64,000 nt of DNA from Solidesulfovibrio sp. (GTDB lineage: Bacteria; Desulfobacterota; Desulfovibrionia; Desulfovibrionales; Desulfovibrionaceae): contig NZ_JARKOZ010000123.1 of the NCBI RefSeq assembly GCF_029978005.1, positions 3,210-67,209 on the forward strand. The letters are read 5' to 3'. Below, one piece after another: positions 19,229 to 29,516 of the stretch. Position numbers and translations under genes: made by a program. Position 1 is the first letter of the stretch. Every line of letters begins with the position of its first letter. Below the pieces are notes generated by a model. That model was not told where the DNA came from and ran no database searches. It was given only the letters and a program-made list of their open reading frames with translations.

Positions 19229-19517
19229 AACAACTCCTTCATGTTGAGCCGCGCCGGCCTGCGGGCGGCAGTGTCGATCCTGCTCCCCGAGGGAGAGGAC
19301 CCCACGCTATTTTCGTTATACTCCTCAATTCTTGTCCGTCAACGTCTATTGTTCCAATTTCCGACTTCAAACGTATCCGGCAGGCCGGATTTTAAACAAC
19401 AGTAAGCAATTGTTGATGAAATTGAAGTCGTGGCGAACATATAGGATTTAATCTTTTTATTCCCGCGGGTGATAGTCATGCATCCATGCTGCAAAGCTGT
19501 TTCCGCCTTTGGTCGAG

Positions 19518-19532
19518 GCAAAAGTGTGGCCA
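19518..19532 (-). promoter_or_regulatory. sigma54 -24/-12 promoter candidate
   Basis: Minus strand TGGCCAC-ACTT-TTGC, ~290 bp upstream of the SH3 gene. Confidence 0.35.
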
Positions 19533-19896
19533 TGCATTCCCATGAGCCGTTCCATGCCTTGGCATGACGTCCGGTGTATGATTGTCGTTGAGCCCAATCT
19601 GCGGGAGGCCATGGCCGCCATCGGGCAGGCGACGTCAAGGGGACGGGCTGTTTTTGCCTGACCCCTTGTCCGTGCGGATGACCGGGCAGGATGACCTGGA
19701 GCCGGATTGATAAAAAATCTAAGAAGTTAAGCGAGATGTTGGATGGAAAACAGGATGCGGGGCTCGACGCTGGGGCGAAGAGCGAAAGCTGTCGGCAACA
19801 AGGGGGGGGCCGGGGCGGGGAGGCCCGCAACAATTCAGGGGGAGTCAAAAACTGACGCTGACTCCCACCTCGCCGCCGTAGCTGACGGTTTGCGAA

Positions 19897-20486
19897 TCAA
19901 AGGCCATGGCCGAGGCCGAGCCCCGCACCATCACCCGTTCGCTGATCTTGTAGGAAGTGCCCACGCAGGCCGTGGCCCAGTCGGATTTCACCGGGGCGGC
20001 GGCCATGAAGTAGGCCGGGGCAGTGGTCGAAGTGAGGGCGTCCTTGACCTTGCGGCCCGCCGACGGAGGCCAGATAGTTCTGGATCTGCTGATCGGTGGC
20101 CACGTTCGTCAGCGCAGACACGCCGGAAAGAGCGGGGTCGTTGTCGGAAGCGCGCAGCGGCGCGGAAAAGGCCCCGCCGTTGGCGAAGTTGAAACCGCCG
20201 CCTCCAATGGGCCTGCCGTTCAGGCCGAACCGCGCCGCCAGCATCGTGGAATTCATCACGCCTGGCCCGACGAACGCACCGCTGGCTCCGGCCGCCACGG
20301 CGGCGGCGATTCCGCATCCTGTGTCGCACTGCCTGTCGTATTGTAGCGGAAGTAGCCGCTGTCCAAGGTGCTGTCGCCGAACCCTGCATATTGGTTGAAC
20401 AATCCGGTCGCGCCGGACGACACGGGCCTGCTGAGGACCGCGATAGAAAGGAATGCGACAGCCAGGGCGAAGCGCTTTATTTTCAT
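19897..20486 (-). pseudogene. GDSL/SGNH esterase (EstA/ApeE autotransporter-like), frameshifted and truncated
   Basis: Signal peptide and FGDSTLDSG (block I); after a frameshift, NFANGGA (block II) and DQQIQNYL; no downstream blocks or beta-barrel. Confidence 0.7.
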
Positions 20487-21380
20487 GAGGGCGCTGTCCT
20501 TGGATCACTGTTTGCGAGTGATCTTGCTTCAGAGCCATCATGCGCCCTGATTTGTAACACGCGCTGACTGGATAAATATAAGAACTATCGTGGCACGGCA
20601 AACAGTTATCAGATACGGTCGACTCAAAAGACGGTTCTTTGCGTCATGGATTCGTCTGAAAATCAAGTCTGTTGTTGTCGCCCTGATGCTCCGAATAGAG
20701 TCAAATACGACTTTCGGCTTATTGGTGGGAACTCTCGCCAAGTTCAAGTACGTCAGACATCTTTGTTTCTTGGGGCGTCATAAAGTAAATATACAAAAGG
20801 AAATTTTAGTAGATTTTTTAGAGTAACGATTTGAGTGAGTAAAAAGTTGCTCGACAAGTTGTGCTTGCTATGCCGAGGACTCGATGCATGTTCCAATACT
20901 TGACTTTACTTGAGGTGAATGGAGACTGTCATTGCCAGAACCCATAAAGTAATACTTTTAATCCAAGAAGCAGTATTTCGCTGGCTTGGCCATGCAAGCT
21001 TCACGGGTATTTTCAACGTGGCCCGTGCGACAATCGCAAGAGTCTCTGGAGAATCGTTTTTATGCATCATCAGACAGGGGCTGTCGGCAAATGTCGTCCA
21101 ACATAAAAAATTATTTAGTAAATTCAATATGTAGGAGTGCGCGGAATGGCCGTCCAGGCAGACGGCCGGGGGGGGGGGGCCGCGGGCGCACCGGAAGGGA
21201 TTTCAAGGGGACAGACGGAGTCGGCTGCCCCATTCTTTTTTTGCCTGTGGACAGCGGGGGGCGACATGTCGGCCGGGCCGACGAAAAAGCGGGGGAGCGA
21301 CCTGCGAGAATGACGCACGGTCACCGCTCGTCGGGCAGGGGCCCGGTATGCGGCACCGCGTGGCGAGAGGATGGAGAGGA

Positions 21381-21415
21381 CAAAAGGAGCGCGGATTCGC
21401 ACCGCGCTCCTTTTG
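21381..21415. terminator. Bidirectional intrinsic terminator downstream of the larA-like gene
   Basis: caaaaggagcgcgg-attcgca-ccgcgctccttttg. Confidence 0.8.
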
Positions 21416-21442
21416 CCGAGGAAACCGGCGTCGAAACGGCGT

Positions 21443-22870
21443 TTACTTTTTAAGGTGCAGATGCACGCCCATGCCGCCGGTGAAGCAGTCCGGCGTGCAC
21501 AGGATGCGCGGGTTGGCCCCCACGTGGCGCTTGGCCCGGGCCATGGCCTCCTCGAAGGTGGCGGTGGGGGTGAAGCCCATGCCGCGGGCGAAGCGCGGCT
21601 GCTTGGCCCCGGCCACGTACACGGCGCTGGTGCGCAGGGCGGGCACGCTGCCGCCGCTGATCATCGACATGGCGTGGTAGGGGTGGTAGGTGTTGTAATT
21701 GGAGTACTTGTAGCAGTACTCGGGGTGGGCGGCCAGGGCGTCGGCGTCCTGGGAGGCCAGGAATTCCGCCGGGGTGCAATACTTCTGCAGGGCCTCGTAG
21801 GTCTCCTCGTAGGACGGGAACCAGTTGGCGTTGAACCAGCCGTCGCACACCGACACGGCGATGATGACGCCGCCCTCGCGGAAGGCCCCCCAGCAGCGCG
21901 AGAGCTGGCCGCCGATGGCCAGGCTCATGAGGATGGGGTTGGTGCCCATGCCCGGGCCGTAGTGGAAGTTGCGGGGCACGCCCATGATGAGCACGTCGGC
22001 CGGCTCGGCCATGTCGATGGCGTAGTTGGTGCGTTTTTCCGCCAGGGGCCAGGTGGCCTTTTCGATTTCGCCCAGAAGGCCGGCCTGCACGTCCAGGACC
22101 TGCGCCCTTTTGCCGATGACCGCGTCCACGCCGAAGATCTTCTTGCCGATGCCTTTCTCAATGGCCTCGCCGATGGAGCGGAACTGGTGGCGCTGATGGG
22201 AATGGGGGGAGGCCCCAAGCCAGTCGTCGCGGTGCATGGTCTTGGGGCAGTGGTGGGAACTGATGCAGCGCCAGGTGGTGTGGCCGGTGACGAGCATCTT
22301 GTAGCCGCCGGAAAAGCCGCCGTAGGGGTTGCCGGCGCAGTGCCCGACCACGATGGGGAGATCCGCCTCGGCCAGAAGCCGGCTCACCTGCACGATGTTG
22401 CCCATGGCGTCGCGGCCGAGGTCCACGATGTCCGGGGATTCGGCGTCGTGGTTGAGGAGCCTGTCCGGCCAGAACATGTCCACGATCTTCTTGCCGAGGT
22501 ACCAGTTCCACTCCTCGAGGGTGTTGTGCCGGTGCAGGCCCGGGGCGCACAGCAGGGTGATGTCCTCCAGGCGCACGCCGGCGGCGAGCAGTTCCTCGAC
22601 GATGATGGGGATGGCCACCTTGCGGTGGCACTGCGGCCCGGCTCCGCCCTTGACGCGGTCGGGGAAGCCGATGACCACCTTCTGGCCGGGCTTGGCCAGC
22701 TCGCGCAGGGGCGGCGTGCCCAGGGGGTTGGCCAGGGCCCGTCGCGTGGCCGCGGCCGGGTCCACGGCGGGGGGATCGGTGTCCACTTCGGCCAGACGCA
22801 GCACGGTCGCGCCGTCCGGCAGTTCCACACGCATTTTCGTATCGCCGTAGTCCAACAAAACGTCTTGCAT
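21443..22870 (-). CDS. LarA-superfamily (nickel-pincer lactate racemase-like, DUF2088) protein with atypical active-site motifs
   Basis: LANPLGTPPLRELA, FPDRVKG, APGLHR, NHDA, GFSGGYK, SSHH motifs; 475 aa. Confidence 0.85.
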   Translation of the reverse strand: MQDVLLDYGDTKMRVELPDGATVLRLAEVDTDPPAVDPAAATRRALANPLGTPPLRELAKPGQKVVIGFPDRVKGGAGPQCHRKVAIPIIVEELLAAGVRLEDITLLCAPGLHRHNTLEEWNWYLGKKIVDMFWPDRLLNHDAESPDIVDLGRDAMGNIVQVSRLLAEADLPIVVGHCAGNPYGGFSGGYKMLVTGHTTWRCISSHHCPKTMHRDDWLGASPHSHQRHQFRSIGEAIEKGIGKKIFGVDAVIGKRAQVLDVQAGLLGEIEKATWPLAEKRTNYAIDMAEPADVLIMGVPRNFHYGPGMGTNPILMSLAIGGQLSRCWGAFREGGVIIAVSVCDGWFNANWFPSYEETYEALQKYCTPAEFLASQDADALAAHPEYCYKYSNYNTYHPYHAMSMISGGSVPALRTSAVYVAGAKQPRFARGMGFTPTATFEEAMARAKRHVGANPRILCTPDCFTGGMGVHLHLKK

Positions 22871-22941
22871 GACCAGTCACCTTGGTTTGCGTTGTCCGGC
22901 AAGAAGCCTGCCGATGCCAAAGCGGCGCGCAGGGGCCTGCG

Positions 22942-23694
22942 CTACCACCACTTGATTTTTTCCGTCACGTAGTTGCGGATGGCCACGAAGTCGGGATCGT
23001 CGAAACGCCGCGGCCGCGGCAGGTCGACCACCACCTCCTCCTTGACGGTCGTGGGCTTGGTGGAAAGGATGAGGATGCGCTGGGCCATGTACACGGCCTC
23101 TTCGATGTTGTGGGTGATGAAGACCACGGTGGTGCCCAGCTCCTGCCAGAGGCGGATGACCTCGTCCTCCAGGAAGAAGCGCAGCTTGACGTCCATCTGC
23201 CCGTAGGGCTCGTCCATGAGCAGCAGGTCCGGGTGCATGGCGAAGGCCCGGCCGATGATGATGCGCTGCTCGGAGCTCACGGAGAGCTGGTGGGGGTAGC
23301 GGTCGCGCAGGTCCTGGAGGCCGAGCATCTTGATGATCATCTCCACGCGCTCGTCGATGACGTCCTTGGCCAGCTTCTTGATCTCCAGGCCGAAGCGCAG
23401 GTTTTTTTCCACCGTGAGCCAGGGGAAGGCCGAGGGCTCCTGGAACACGAAGGCCAGGTTGTGCTTTTTCGGGTCGGCGGACTCGCCGTCGATGAAAAGG
23501 TCCCCGCGCGTGGGGCTGTAGATGCGGGTGAGCAGGTTCAGGAAGGTGGTCTTGCCGCAGCCCGTGGGGCCGACCACGCAGACGAACTCCCCCCGCTTGA
23601 TGTTGAAGGAGATGTCGTCCAGGACGTGCAGGCGGCCGAAGTACTTGGTCAGGTTCCTGACTTCGACCTTGATGTCGCTGTCGGGGGTGCTCAT
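22942..23694 (-). CDS. NitT/TauT-family ABC ATPase with degenerate signature motif
   Basis: Walker A GPTGCGKT, Q-loop FQE, signature LSVSSEQR, Walker B LLLMDE, H-loop ITH. Confidence 0.92.
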   Translation of the reverse strand: MSTPDSDIKVEVRNLTKYFGRLHVLDDISFNIKRGEFVCVVGPTGCGKTTFLNLLTRIYSPTRGDLFIDGESADPKKHNLAFVFQEPSAFPWLTVEKNLRFGLEIKKLAKDVIDERVEMIIKMLGLQDLRDRYPHQLSVSSEQRIIIGRAFAMHPDLLLMDEPYGQMDVKLRFFLEDEVIRLWQELGTTVVFITHNIEEAVYMAQRILILSTKPTTVKEEVVVDLPRPRRFDDPDFVAIRNYVTEKIKWW

Positions 23695-23778
23695 GCGGCG
23701 CTCCATGGAAGACGACGCGCCTTGGCGCGCCTGATCGTTATGGCGAAGGTCTGTCCGGGGCATGGCGTTCTCGCCTCC

Positions 23779-24540
23779 CTAGATCGCCAGATCCATGTTG
23801 TCGGCGATCTTCTTGCGGATGGCCAAAAAGTCCGGGTCCGTCATGTGGCGCGGGCGCGGCAGGCCGATCTCGTAGATCTCCTTGATGTGGGCCGGCCCGT
23901 TGGAGAGCAGCACGATGCGGTCGCCGAGGTAGACGGCTTCCTCGATGTTGTTGGTCACGAAGAGCACGGTGCGCTTTTCCTGCTGCCAGATGCGCTGGAT
24001 CTCGTCCTCCATGGCGTAGCGCGTCTGGGCGTCGAGCTGGCCGAAGGGCTCGTCCATGAGCAGGATCTCCGGATTGCCGGTGTAGGCGCGGGCGATGCCC
24101 ACGCGCTGCTTCATGCCGCCCGAGAGCTCGAACGGGTAGCTCTTCTCGAAGCCCTGCAGGCCGACCAGGTCGATGTACTTCTGGGCTTCGGCGCGCCAGA
24201 CGGCCTTGTCCGTGCCGGCGATCTGCGGGCCGAAGGCCACGTTGTCGAGGACGGTCTTCCAGGGCATGAGCGCCAGCTTCTGGAAGACCATGGCGATGCG
24301 GGGGTCGCTGCCCTCGATGCGGCAGGCGTCGAGAAAGACCCCGCCGTCGATGGGGCGTTCCAGGCCGCCGACGATGTTGAGCAGCACGCTCTTGCCGCAC
24401 TGTCCGGGGCCCAGGATGACGAGGAACTCGTTGTCGAAGACGTCGAGGCTGACGTCCACCACGGCGTCGCGCACCGCGTTGCCGACCACGTAGCTCTGGC
24501 AGATGTGGCGCAGGCTCAGTTTGACTGTTTTCGCGTCCAT
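23779..24540 (-). CDS. NitT/TauT-family ABC ATPase with degenerate H-loop
   Basis: Walker A GPGQCGKS, signature LSGGMKQR, Walker B ILLMDE, H-loop reads VTNN (His to Asn). Confidence 0.92.
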   Translation of the reverse strand: MDAKTVKLSLRHICQSYVVGNAVRDAVVDVSLDVFDNEFLVILGPGQCGKSVLLNIVGGLERPIDGGVFLDACRIEGSDPRIAMVFQKLALMPWKTVLDNVAFGPQIAGTDKAVWRAEAQKYIDLVGLQGFEKSYPFELSGGMKQRVGIARAYTGNPEILLMDEPFGQLDAQTRYAMEDEIQRIWQQEKRTVLFVTNNIEEAVYLGDRIVLLSNGPAHIKEIYEIGLPRPRHMTDPDFLAIRKKIADNMDLAI

Positions 24541-25328
24541 GGGCACAGCAGCAGCTCCGTAAGTTGGGTGATGATCGCGAGCAGGGCTCCGACCAGACCG
24601 ATGAAGATCATGGAGAGCAGCACCAGCGGCATGTCCAGGGAGTCCATGCCCCGGATGATGAGAAAGCCCACGCCGGATTTGCCGCCGAGCATCTCGGCCG
24701 CGAGCACCACCATCCAGGCCGCGCTGGTGGAGGTGCGGATGCCGGCGAAGATGGCGTCCAGGGCCGAGGGAATGGCGATCTTGAAGAGTTTCTGGCGGGC
24801 GTTGGCGTTGAACATGGTGCCCACGTCCAGGTAGATCTTCTGGACGAAGCGCATGCCGGCGTGGGTGTTGACCACGATGGCCGGGATGGAGCCGATGAAG
24901 ACCAGCAGGATCTTGGGGAATTCCCCCAGCCCGAACCAGATGGTGATCAGCGGGATCCAGGCCAGGGGCGGCACCGAGCGGAAGGCGGTGAAAAGCGGCG
25001 TGAGCAGGGAGTCGCTTTTCCTGTACCAGCCGGTCAGGATGCCGAAGGCGATGCCGAACAGCCAGGCGCAGATCAGGGCGATGCACACCCGTTGCAGGCT
25101 GGCCCAGACGTGGCCGAAGATCGTGAGCCCCTTGATGGGGTGCCGCATGATCAGGAGGAACCGGTCCCAGGTGGCCCCGGGCGAGGGGAACCGGGCGTTC
25201 TCGCCCTGGGAGACGTACACCCAAAGCGCCAGCAAAAGCCCCAGGGACAGGAAGGGGAGCACCCTGTGGATGCGCTTCCACAGGAGCTCGCGGCGTTCCA
25301 TGTCGCTCATCACGATTGGCTGGTTCAT
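24516..25328 (-). CDS. NitT/TauT-family ABC permease
   Basis: PPLAWIPLITIWFG, EAA-like loop, LAAEMLGGKSGVG. Confidence 0.92.
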   Translation of the reverse strand: MNQPIVMSDMERRELLWKRIHRVLPFLSLGLLLALWVYVSQGENARFPSPGATWDRFLLIMRHPIKGLTIFGHVWASLQRVCIALICAWLFGIAFGILTGWYRKSDSLLTPLFTAFRSVPPLAWIPLITIWFGLGEFPKILLVFIGSIPAIVVNTHAGMRFVQKIYLDVGTMFNANARQKLFKIAIPSALDAIFAGIRTSTSAAWMVVLAAEMLGGKSGVGFLIIRGMDSLDMPLVLLSMIFIGLVGALLAIITQLTELLLCPWTRKQSN

Positions 25329-26167
25329 TGCTTCTTCCACCCCAGGACCCTGTTTTCCACGACGTTGAGCAGCGCCACGAACAGGGTGCCGATGACGCCG
25401 ATGACCGCGATGCCGAGGATGACGATGTCCGCCCGGGCGAACTGGCGGCCCATGATGATCATGTAGCCAAGGCCGCTGTCCGCCGCGAGCATCTCCGCCG
25501 CGACCAGGGTCGCCCAGGAGTTGCCGAGCGCCACGCGGATGCCGGCGAAGACCATGGTCATGGCCGACGGGCAGCCCACCTTCCAGAAGATGGTGAAGTT
25601 GGACGCGCCGCAGGTCTTGGCCACGTTGATAAGCACGGGGTTCGTCTGGCGGATGCCGGTGTAGGCGTTGATCAGGCACGGCACGAAGGCGGCGAAGAAC
25701 ACGATGAAGGCCTTGGCCTTGAGGTCGATGCCGAGCCAGACGATGGTCAGGGGAATCCAGGACACGGGCGGGATGGGCCGGATGATCTCGAAGACCGGGC
25801 GCATGAAGCTGTCGAAGGCCCGGTACCAGCCCATGAGCAGCCCCAGGGGGATGCCGATGACGATGGCCAGGCCGAACCCCGTGAGGGCGACGGTCAGGCT
25901 CGACAGGATGTTGACCCCAAGCACCGCGCCGTCGGGGCTCGGATCGACCAGCTTGACGAAGAACAGGCCGACGATCTCGAGGGGCGAGGCCAGGAAGCGT
26001 TCCGAGAGCAGCCCGGAGGCGGCAATGGCCTGCCAGAGGAGCAGGAAGCCCAGGATGCCGAGGACGGACAGCGCGGTCGCCGTGCGTTTGTCCCGTTTCT
26101 TCTGGCGCTTCACCAGGGCGACGCGTTCGGCTTCGCTGAGCCGTGCCGTGGACGGTGGTTGTGTCAT
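25325..26167 (-). CDS. NitT/TauT-family ABC permease
   Basis: IRPIPPVSWIPL, VAAEMLAADSGLG. Confidence 0.92.
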   Translation of the reverse strand: MTQPPSTARLSEAERVALVKRQKKRDKRTATALSVLGILGFLLLWQAIAASGLLSERFLASPLEIVGLFFVKLVDPSPDGAVLGVNILSSLTVALTGFGLAIVIGIPLGLLMGWYRAFDSFMRPVFEIIRPIPPVSWIPLTIVWLGIDLKAKAFIVFFAAFVPCLINAYTGIRQTNPVLINVAKTCGASNFTIFWKVGCPSAMTMVFAGIRVALGNSWATLVAAEMLAADSGLGYMIIMGRQFARADIVILGIAVIGVIGTLFVALLNVVENRVLGWKKQ

Positions 26168-26299
26168 GGCCGTATTGCCCCCTGCGCCTCTCCCGCGCCT
26201 AGTCGCGGGAGAGGCCGGATGGTTGGGTGGACGCGTGGTCGCCGGGCGACCCTTCGGCGGCGGGGACGCGCGATGCGCCCCCTGCCGGGCCCTTCGCGG

Positions 26300-27445
26300 C
26301 TACTGCGCGGCGAGCCCCTGCGCCTGCATCACCTGCTTGGCCGCCTCGGCGATGGCCGGGTCGATCAGGTGGTTCTTGATGATCTTCTCCTTGTCCTCCC
26401 CGGAGTACTTGTTCTGGGAGATGAAGAAGTCCATGCCGGCGAAGATCTCGCGCTCGGCCTGGGTGAGGGGGACGCCCTTGTAGGGGCCGCTCTCGTCCGT
26501 GGTGGCCACGGTCATGATGTCGATGGACTTTTTGAGCGGCGGCCCGGCGAACCACTCCATGACGCGCTGGGCGATGCTCGGCGTGCAGGCGATGCCCTCG
26601 TCCTGGCAGCTTTCCAGGAAGTGCTGGGCGGCTTTTTTGAGGTTGGCGTCGTTGGCCTTGATCCACTGGCAGGTGAGGTGGAAGACGAGGTAGGCGGTGG
26701 TGAGCAGTTCCTTCTTCTCTTTCAGGGACGTCTGGGTGGCCAGGGTGCCGCAGGGGGCCACCACATCGAGGTTGCGGCCGTCGGCGATGCGCACGAAGCC
26801 CTTGTCGTCGGCGGTGAAGGCGATGGCGTTCCACACGGCCAGGCCGTCGCCCTGCTTGCCCATGAAGCCGGTCAGGGCGCTGGCCACGTCCATGTTGATG
26901 GATTTGACGTCCTTAAGCCCCAGGCCGACGTTTTTGAGCGCCGCCACCAGGGTGGCCTGGGCGGTGGTGCCCAGGGGATAGAGCCAGGTCGTGCCCTTCC
27001 AGTTGTCCGGGTTCTTCATGTCCTTGGACAGGGGGCTGCCCGGGCGCACGAAAAGCGCCAGGTTCTTTTCGTAGTCCGAGATGCCGATGACCCGGATGTC
27101 GTAGCCGACCATGCCGGCCAAAAGGCCGCCCAGGCCGCAGCCGGCGATGTCCCAGTTGGCGTTGGCCTCCATCATGGCCGGGCCGTTGGTGAAGGTCTCG
27201 TACTTGAGCTCGATGTTGAGCTCCTTGAAGAAGCCTTCCTTGTCGGCGATGTAGAAGGGGATGGACAAGGGCGAACCGGCGAAGAAGCCAACCCGCAGCA
27301 CCTGCTTTTTGGCGAAGGGCTTGAGGCCGAAGGTGGTTTTGGCGCCTTCCGCCGCGGGGTCGGCGGCAAAGGCGCCGGCGCAGGCCCAGGTCAGCGTCAG
27401 CATGCCGCACAGAACCATGGTCAGGAAACGGTGTGTTCTTGTCAT
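26300..27445 (-). CDS. ABC substrate-binding protein (SsuA/TauA/NMT1-like)
   Basis: Signal peptide; FYIADKEGFFKELNIELKYETFTNGPAMMEA; GTTAQ. Confidence 0.88.
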   Translation of the reverse strand: MTRTHRFLTMVLCGMLTLTWACAGAFAADPAAEGAKTTFGLKPFAKKQVLRVGFFAGSPLSIPFYIADKEGFFKELNIELKYETFTNGPAMMEANANWDIAGCGLGGLLAGMVGYDIRVIGISDYEKNLALFVRPGSPLSKDMKNPDNWKGTTWLYPLGTTAQATLVAALKNVGLGLKDVKSINMDVASALTGFMGKQGDGLAVWNAIAFTADDKGFVRIADGRNLDVVAPCGTLATQTSLKEKKELLTTAYLVFHLTCQWIKANDANLKKAAQHFLESCQDEGIACTPSIAQRVMEWFAGPPLKKSIDIMTVATTDESGPYKGVPLTQAEREIFAGMDFFISQNKYSGEDKEKIIKNHLIDPAIAEAAKQVMQAQGLAAQ

Positions 27446-27556
27446 CGTTGCCTCCTTCTTCGGGTTCGCTCGTCGTGATGGCGCGCCGACAGGCCCCGCG
27501 TCCGGGGATGCGCCGTTCGTTGCCATTGCCAGACGTCGCCCGCTGCGGCGGGCCGT

Positions 27557-29515
27557 TTATCCGTCGCTTCCGGGGGCCATGGCCCCGCTCATGGCGTTGC
27601 CCTCGCAGTCCCTGGGGGCGGGCACGCCGAGGATGGCGGCCAGGGTCGGGGCGATGTCGATGATGTTGGCCGGGATGTCGCGCTCGCCCGGGGCCACGCC
27701 CGGGCCGTGGGCGACGAGCAGGCAGTGCATGTCCGGCTCGTGGGGCAGGGCGGTGTGCACGCCCGTGAAATGGCGGCCGAGCACGGCCGGCTCGAACATC
27801 TCCGGGCTTTCCACGATGCGCTCGGTGCCGTCGCGGTACTTTACCGCCGCCCGGTAGACGAAGGGGCAGTTCATGTAGCGGCGGCGGATGGCGAAGAGCA
27901 CGTCGCCCACGCGCTCGAAGCCCTTGCGCTCGTAGACGCCGAACTGGGAGGCCAGCTGGCGCGGCAGGGCGACCTCCACCACGCGCTCGCCGGTGTCCGG
28001 GTCGCGCCAGGCGAGCAGGGCGTCGATGATCTCGTTTTGCACCTTCTCGTAATCCGCCGGATCGACCGAGCCATGGGGATCGCGGCCGCGCAGGTTGACG
28101 AAGAGGTGGGCGTGGCAGGGCTCCAGGGGGAAGCACTTGGTCCTGCTCCAGTCCACGACCATCTCCCCGGTGGCGGGGTCGATCTCGTAGGCGAGCAGTC
28201 CCGCCTCCTTGAGGAACTTCTTCATGTAGGGGCTCGAGGCCAGGGCGGAGAAGCCGTGGTCCGAGACCAGGACCACCAGGGTCTCGTCGAGGTCCACGTC
28301 CTTGAGGATGCGGCCCACGGCGTCGTCCACCTGGGCGTAGCCCTGGCGTAGGACATCGGTCCAATACTCCAGGCGCTCGGGGTCGTAGTGGGGCGAGGTG
28401 GGGTCCAGGGCCCCGTACATGACGTGCTGCAGGTGGTCCACGGTGCCGACCCAGGCGTAGACGGAGTCGATGTCGGCGCGCCCGAGGGCGTACTTCGTGG
28501 CCCCGGCCCACCAGTCGGCCAGCTGGCGCAGCTGGTCCATGTAGGTGGGCAGCTCCACCCAGCCGTCCATGAACGACCAGGGGTCGTCCACCTCGATGTA
28601 GGGGCCGGCCATGGCCTCGACCTCGGGCGTGATGGACGGGGGCAGGGTGTAGGCCTCGGCGCTGTTGACGGCGCTGGCGTACAGGCGAAAGGCTTTGGCG
28701 TCCGGGTCCAGGGCGGCCAGGTGGAGGCGGAAGCGGCCCCGGCGGGGCTTGCCGTCCTTGTCCGTGAAATCCTCTTCGATCCAGCCGCTCCAGCCGCCCG
28801 GGGACAGCACGGCCACGGCCGCGGCCGCGTCCTTGGCCGGGGCGATGGTGGCCGTGTCGTAGCCGCCGGTCGCGCCGGCCGTGAGGGCGACCTGGTAGCG
28901 CGGCCCGTTGGCGTAGACCGGGGGCACGTCGATGGCGAATTCCAGGGGGGGCAGGGCGCTCGGGGGAAGGTTCGTCCAGCCCGCCGCCGGCGCGGGCGCG
29001 ACCTGCACGGCCCGGCCGGGCACCTGGTCGCAGGGGAGCTTTTCCGTGGAGAACACGGCGCTGCCGGCCACGTCCCAAAGCGGCATGTAGAAATAGCGGA
29101 AGGGAGGGTTCAGCGAGGCGGCGATCTGGATGCCGTGCTCCTCGGCCAGGTTCATGGGCCAGGTGACGGGCCAGTTGACCAGGGCCACCCGGCGGCCCAC
29201 GGCGTTCTCGCTTTCCCAGAGGGTCTCGGCCAGGAGCAGGCGCTTGTCGAAGGAGGTCTGCCAGGAGTCGAGGGCCTCGCCGGGCATGCGAACCATGAGG
29301 CTCGGGATGCCGCAGGTGCCGGGGCCGGCCCCGGTGACGATGGCGCACCAGGCCGCCGCGGTGAGCGGCGGAAAGGTGGGGATGACGCGCGTGCTGAAGC
29401 CGCCTTGCATGAGGCGCGCGATGTTGGGCAGGCTTCCTTCCTTGGCGAACCGCTTGACGTAATCGGGCAGGGCGGCGTCGACGCCGAGCATGAGGAGTTT
29501 TTTCGCCCGGGCCAT
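27557..29515 (-). CDS. Alkaline phosphatase superfamily protein (type I phosphodiesterase/nucleotide pyrophosphatase-like)
   Basis: LGVDAA, PPLTAAAW (Thr nucleophile candidate), VDHLQH, VSDHG, C-terminal His motifs; no signal peptide. Confidence 0.85.
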   Translation of the reverse strand: MARAKKLLMLGVDAALPDYVKRFAKEGSLPNIARLMQGGFSTRVIPTFPPLTAAAWCAIVTGAGPGTCGIPSLMVRMPGEALDSWQTSFDKRLLLAETLWESENAVGRRVALVNWPVTWPMNLAEEHGIQIAASLNPPFRYFYMPLWDVAGSAVFSTEKLPCDQVPGRAVQVAPAPAAGWTNLPPSALPPLEFAIDVPPVYANGPRYQVALTAGATGGYDTATIAPAKDAAAAVAVLSPGGWSGWIEEDFTDKDGKPRRGRFRLHLAALDPDAKAFRLYASAVNSAEAYTLPPSITPEVEAMAGPYIEVDDPWSFMDGWVELPTYMDQLRQLADWWAGATKYALGRADIDSVYAWVGTVDHLQHVMYGALDPTSPHYDPERLEYWTDVLRQGYAQVDDAVGRILKDVDLDETLVVLVSDHGFSALASSPYMKKFLKEAGLLAYEIDPATGEMVVDWSRTKCFPLEPCHAHLFVNLRGRDPHGSVDPADYEKVQNEIIDALLAWRDPDTGERVVEVALPRQLASQFGVYERKGFERVGDVLFAIRRRYMNCPFVYRAAVKYRDGTERIVESPEMFEPAVLGRHFTGVHTALPHEPDMHCLLVAHGPGVAPGERDIPANIIDIAPTLAAILGVPAPRDCEGNAMSGAMAPGSDG

Positions 29516-29516
29516 G

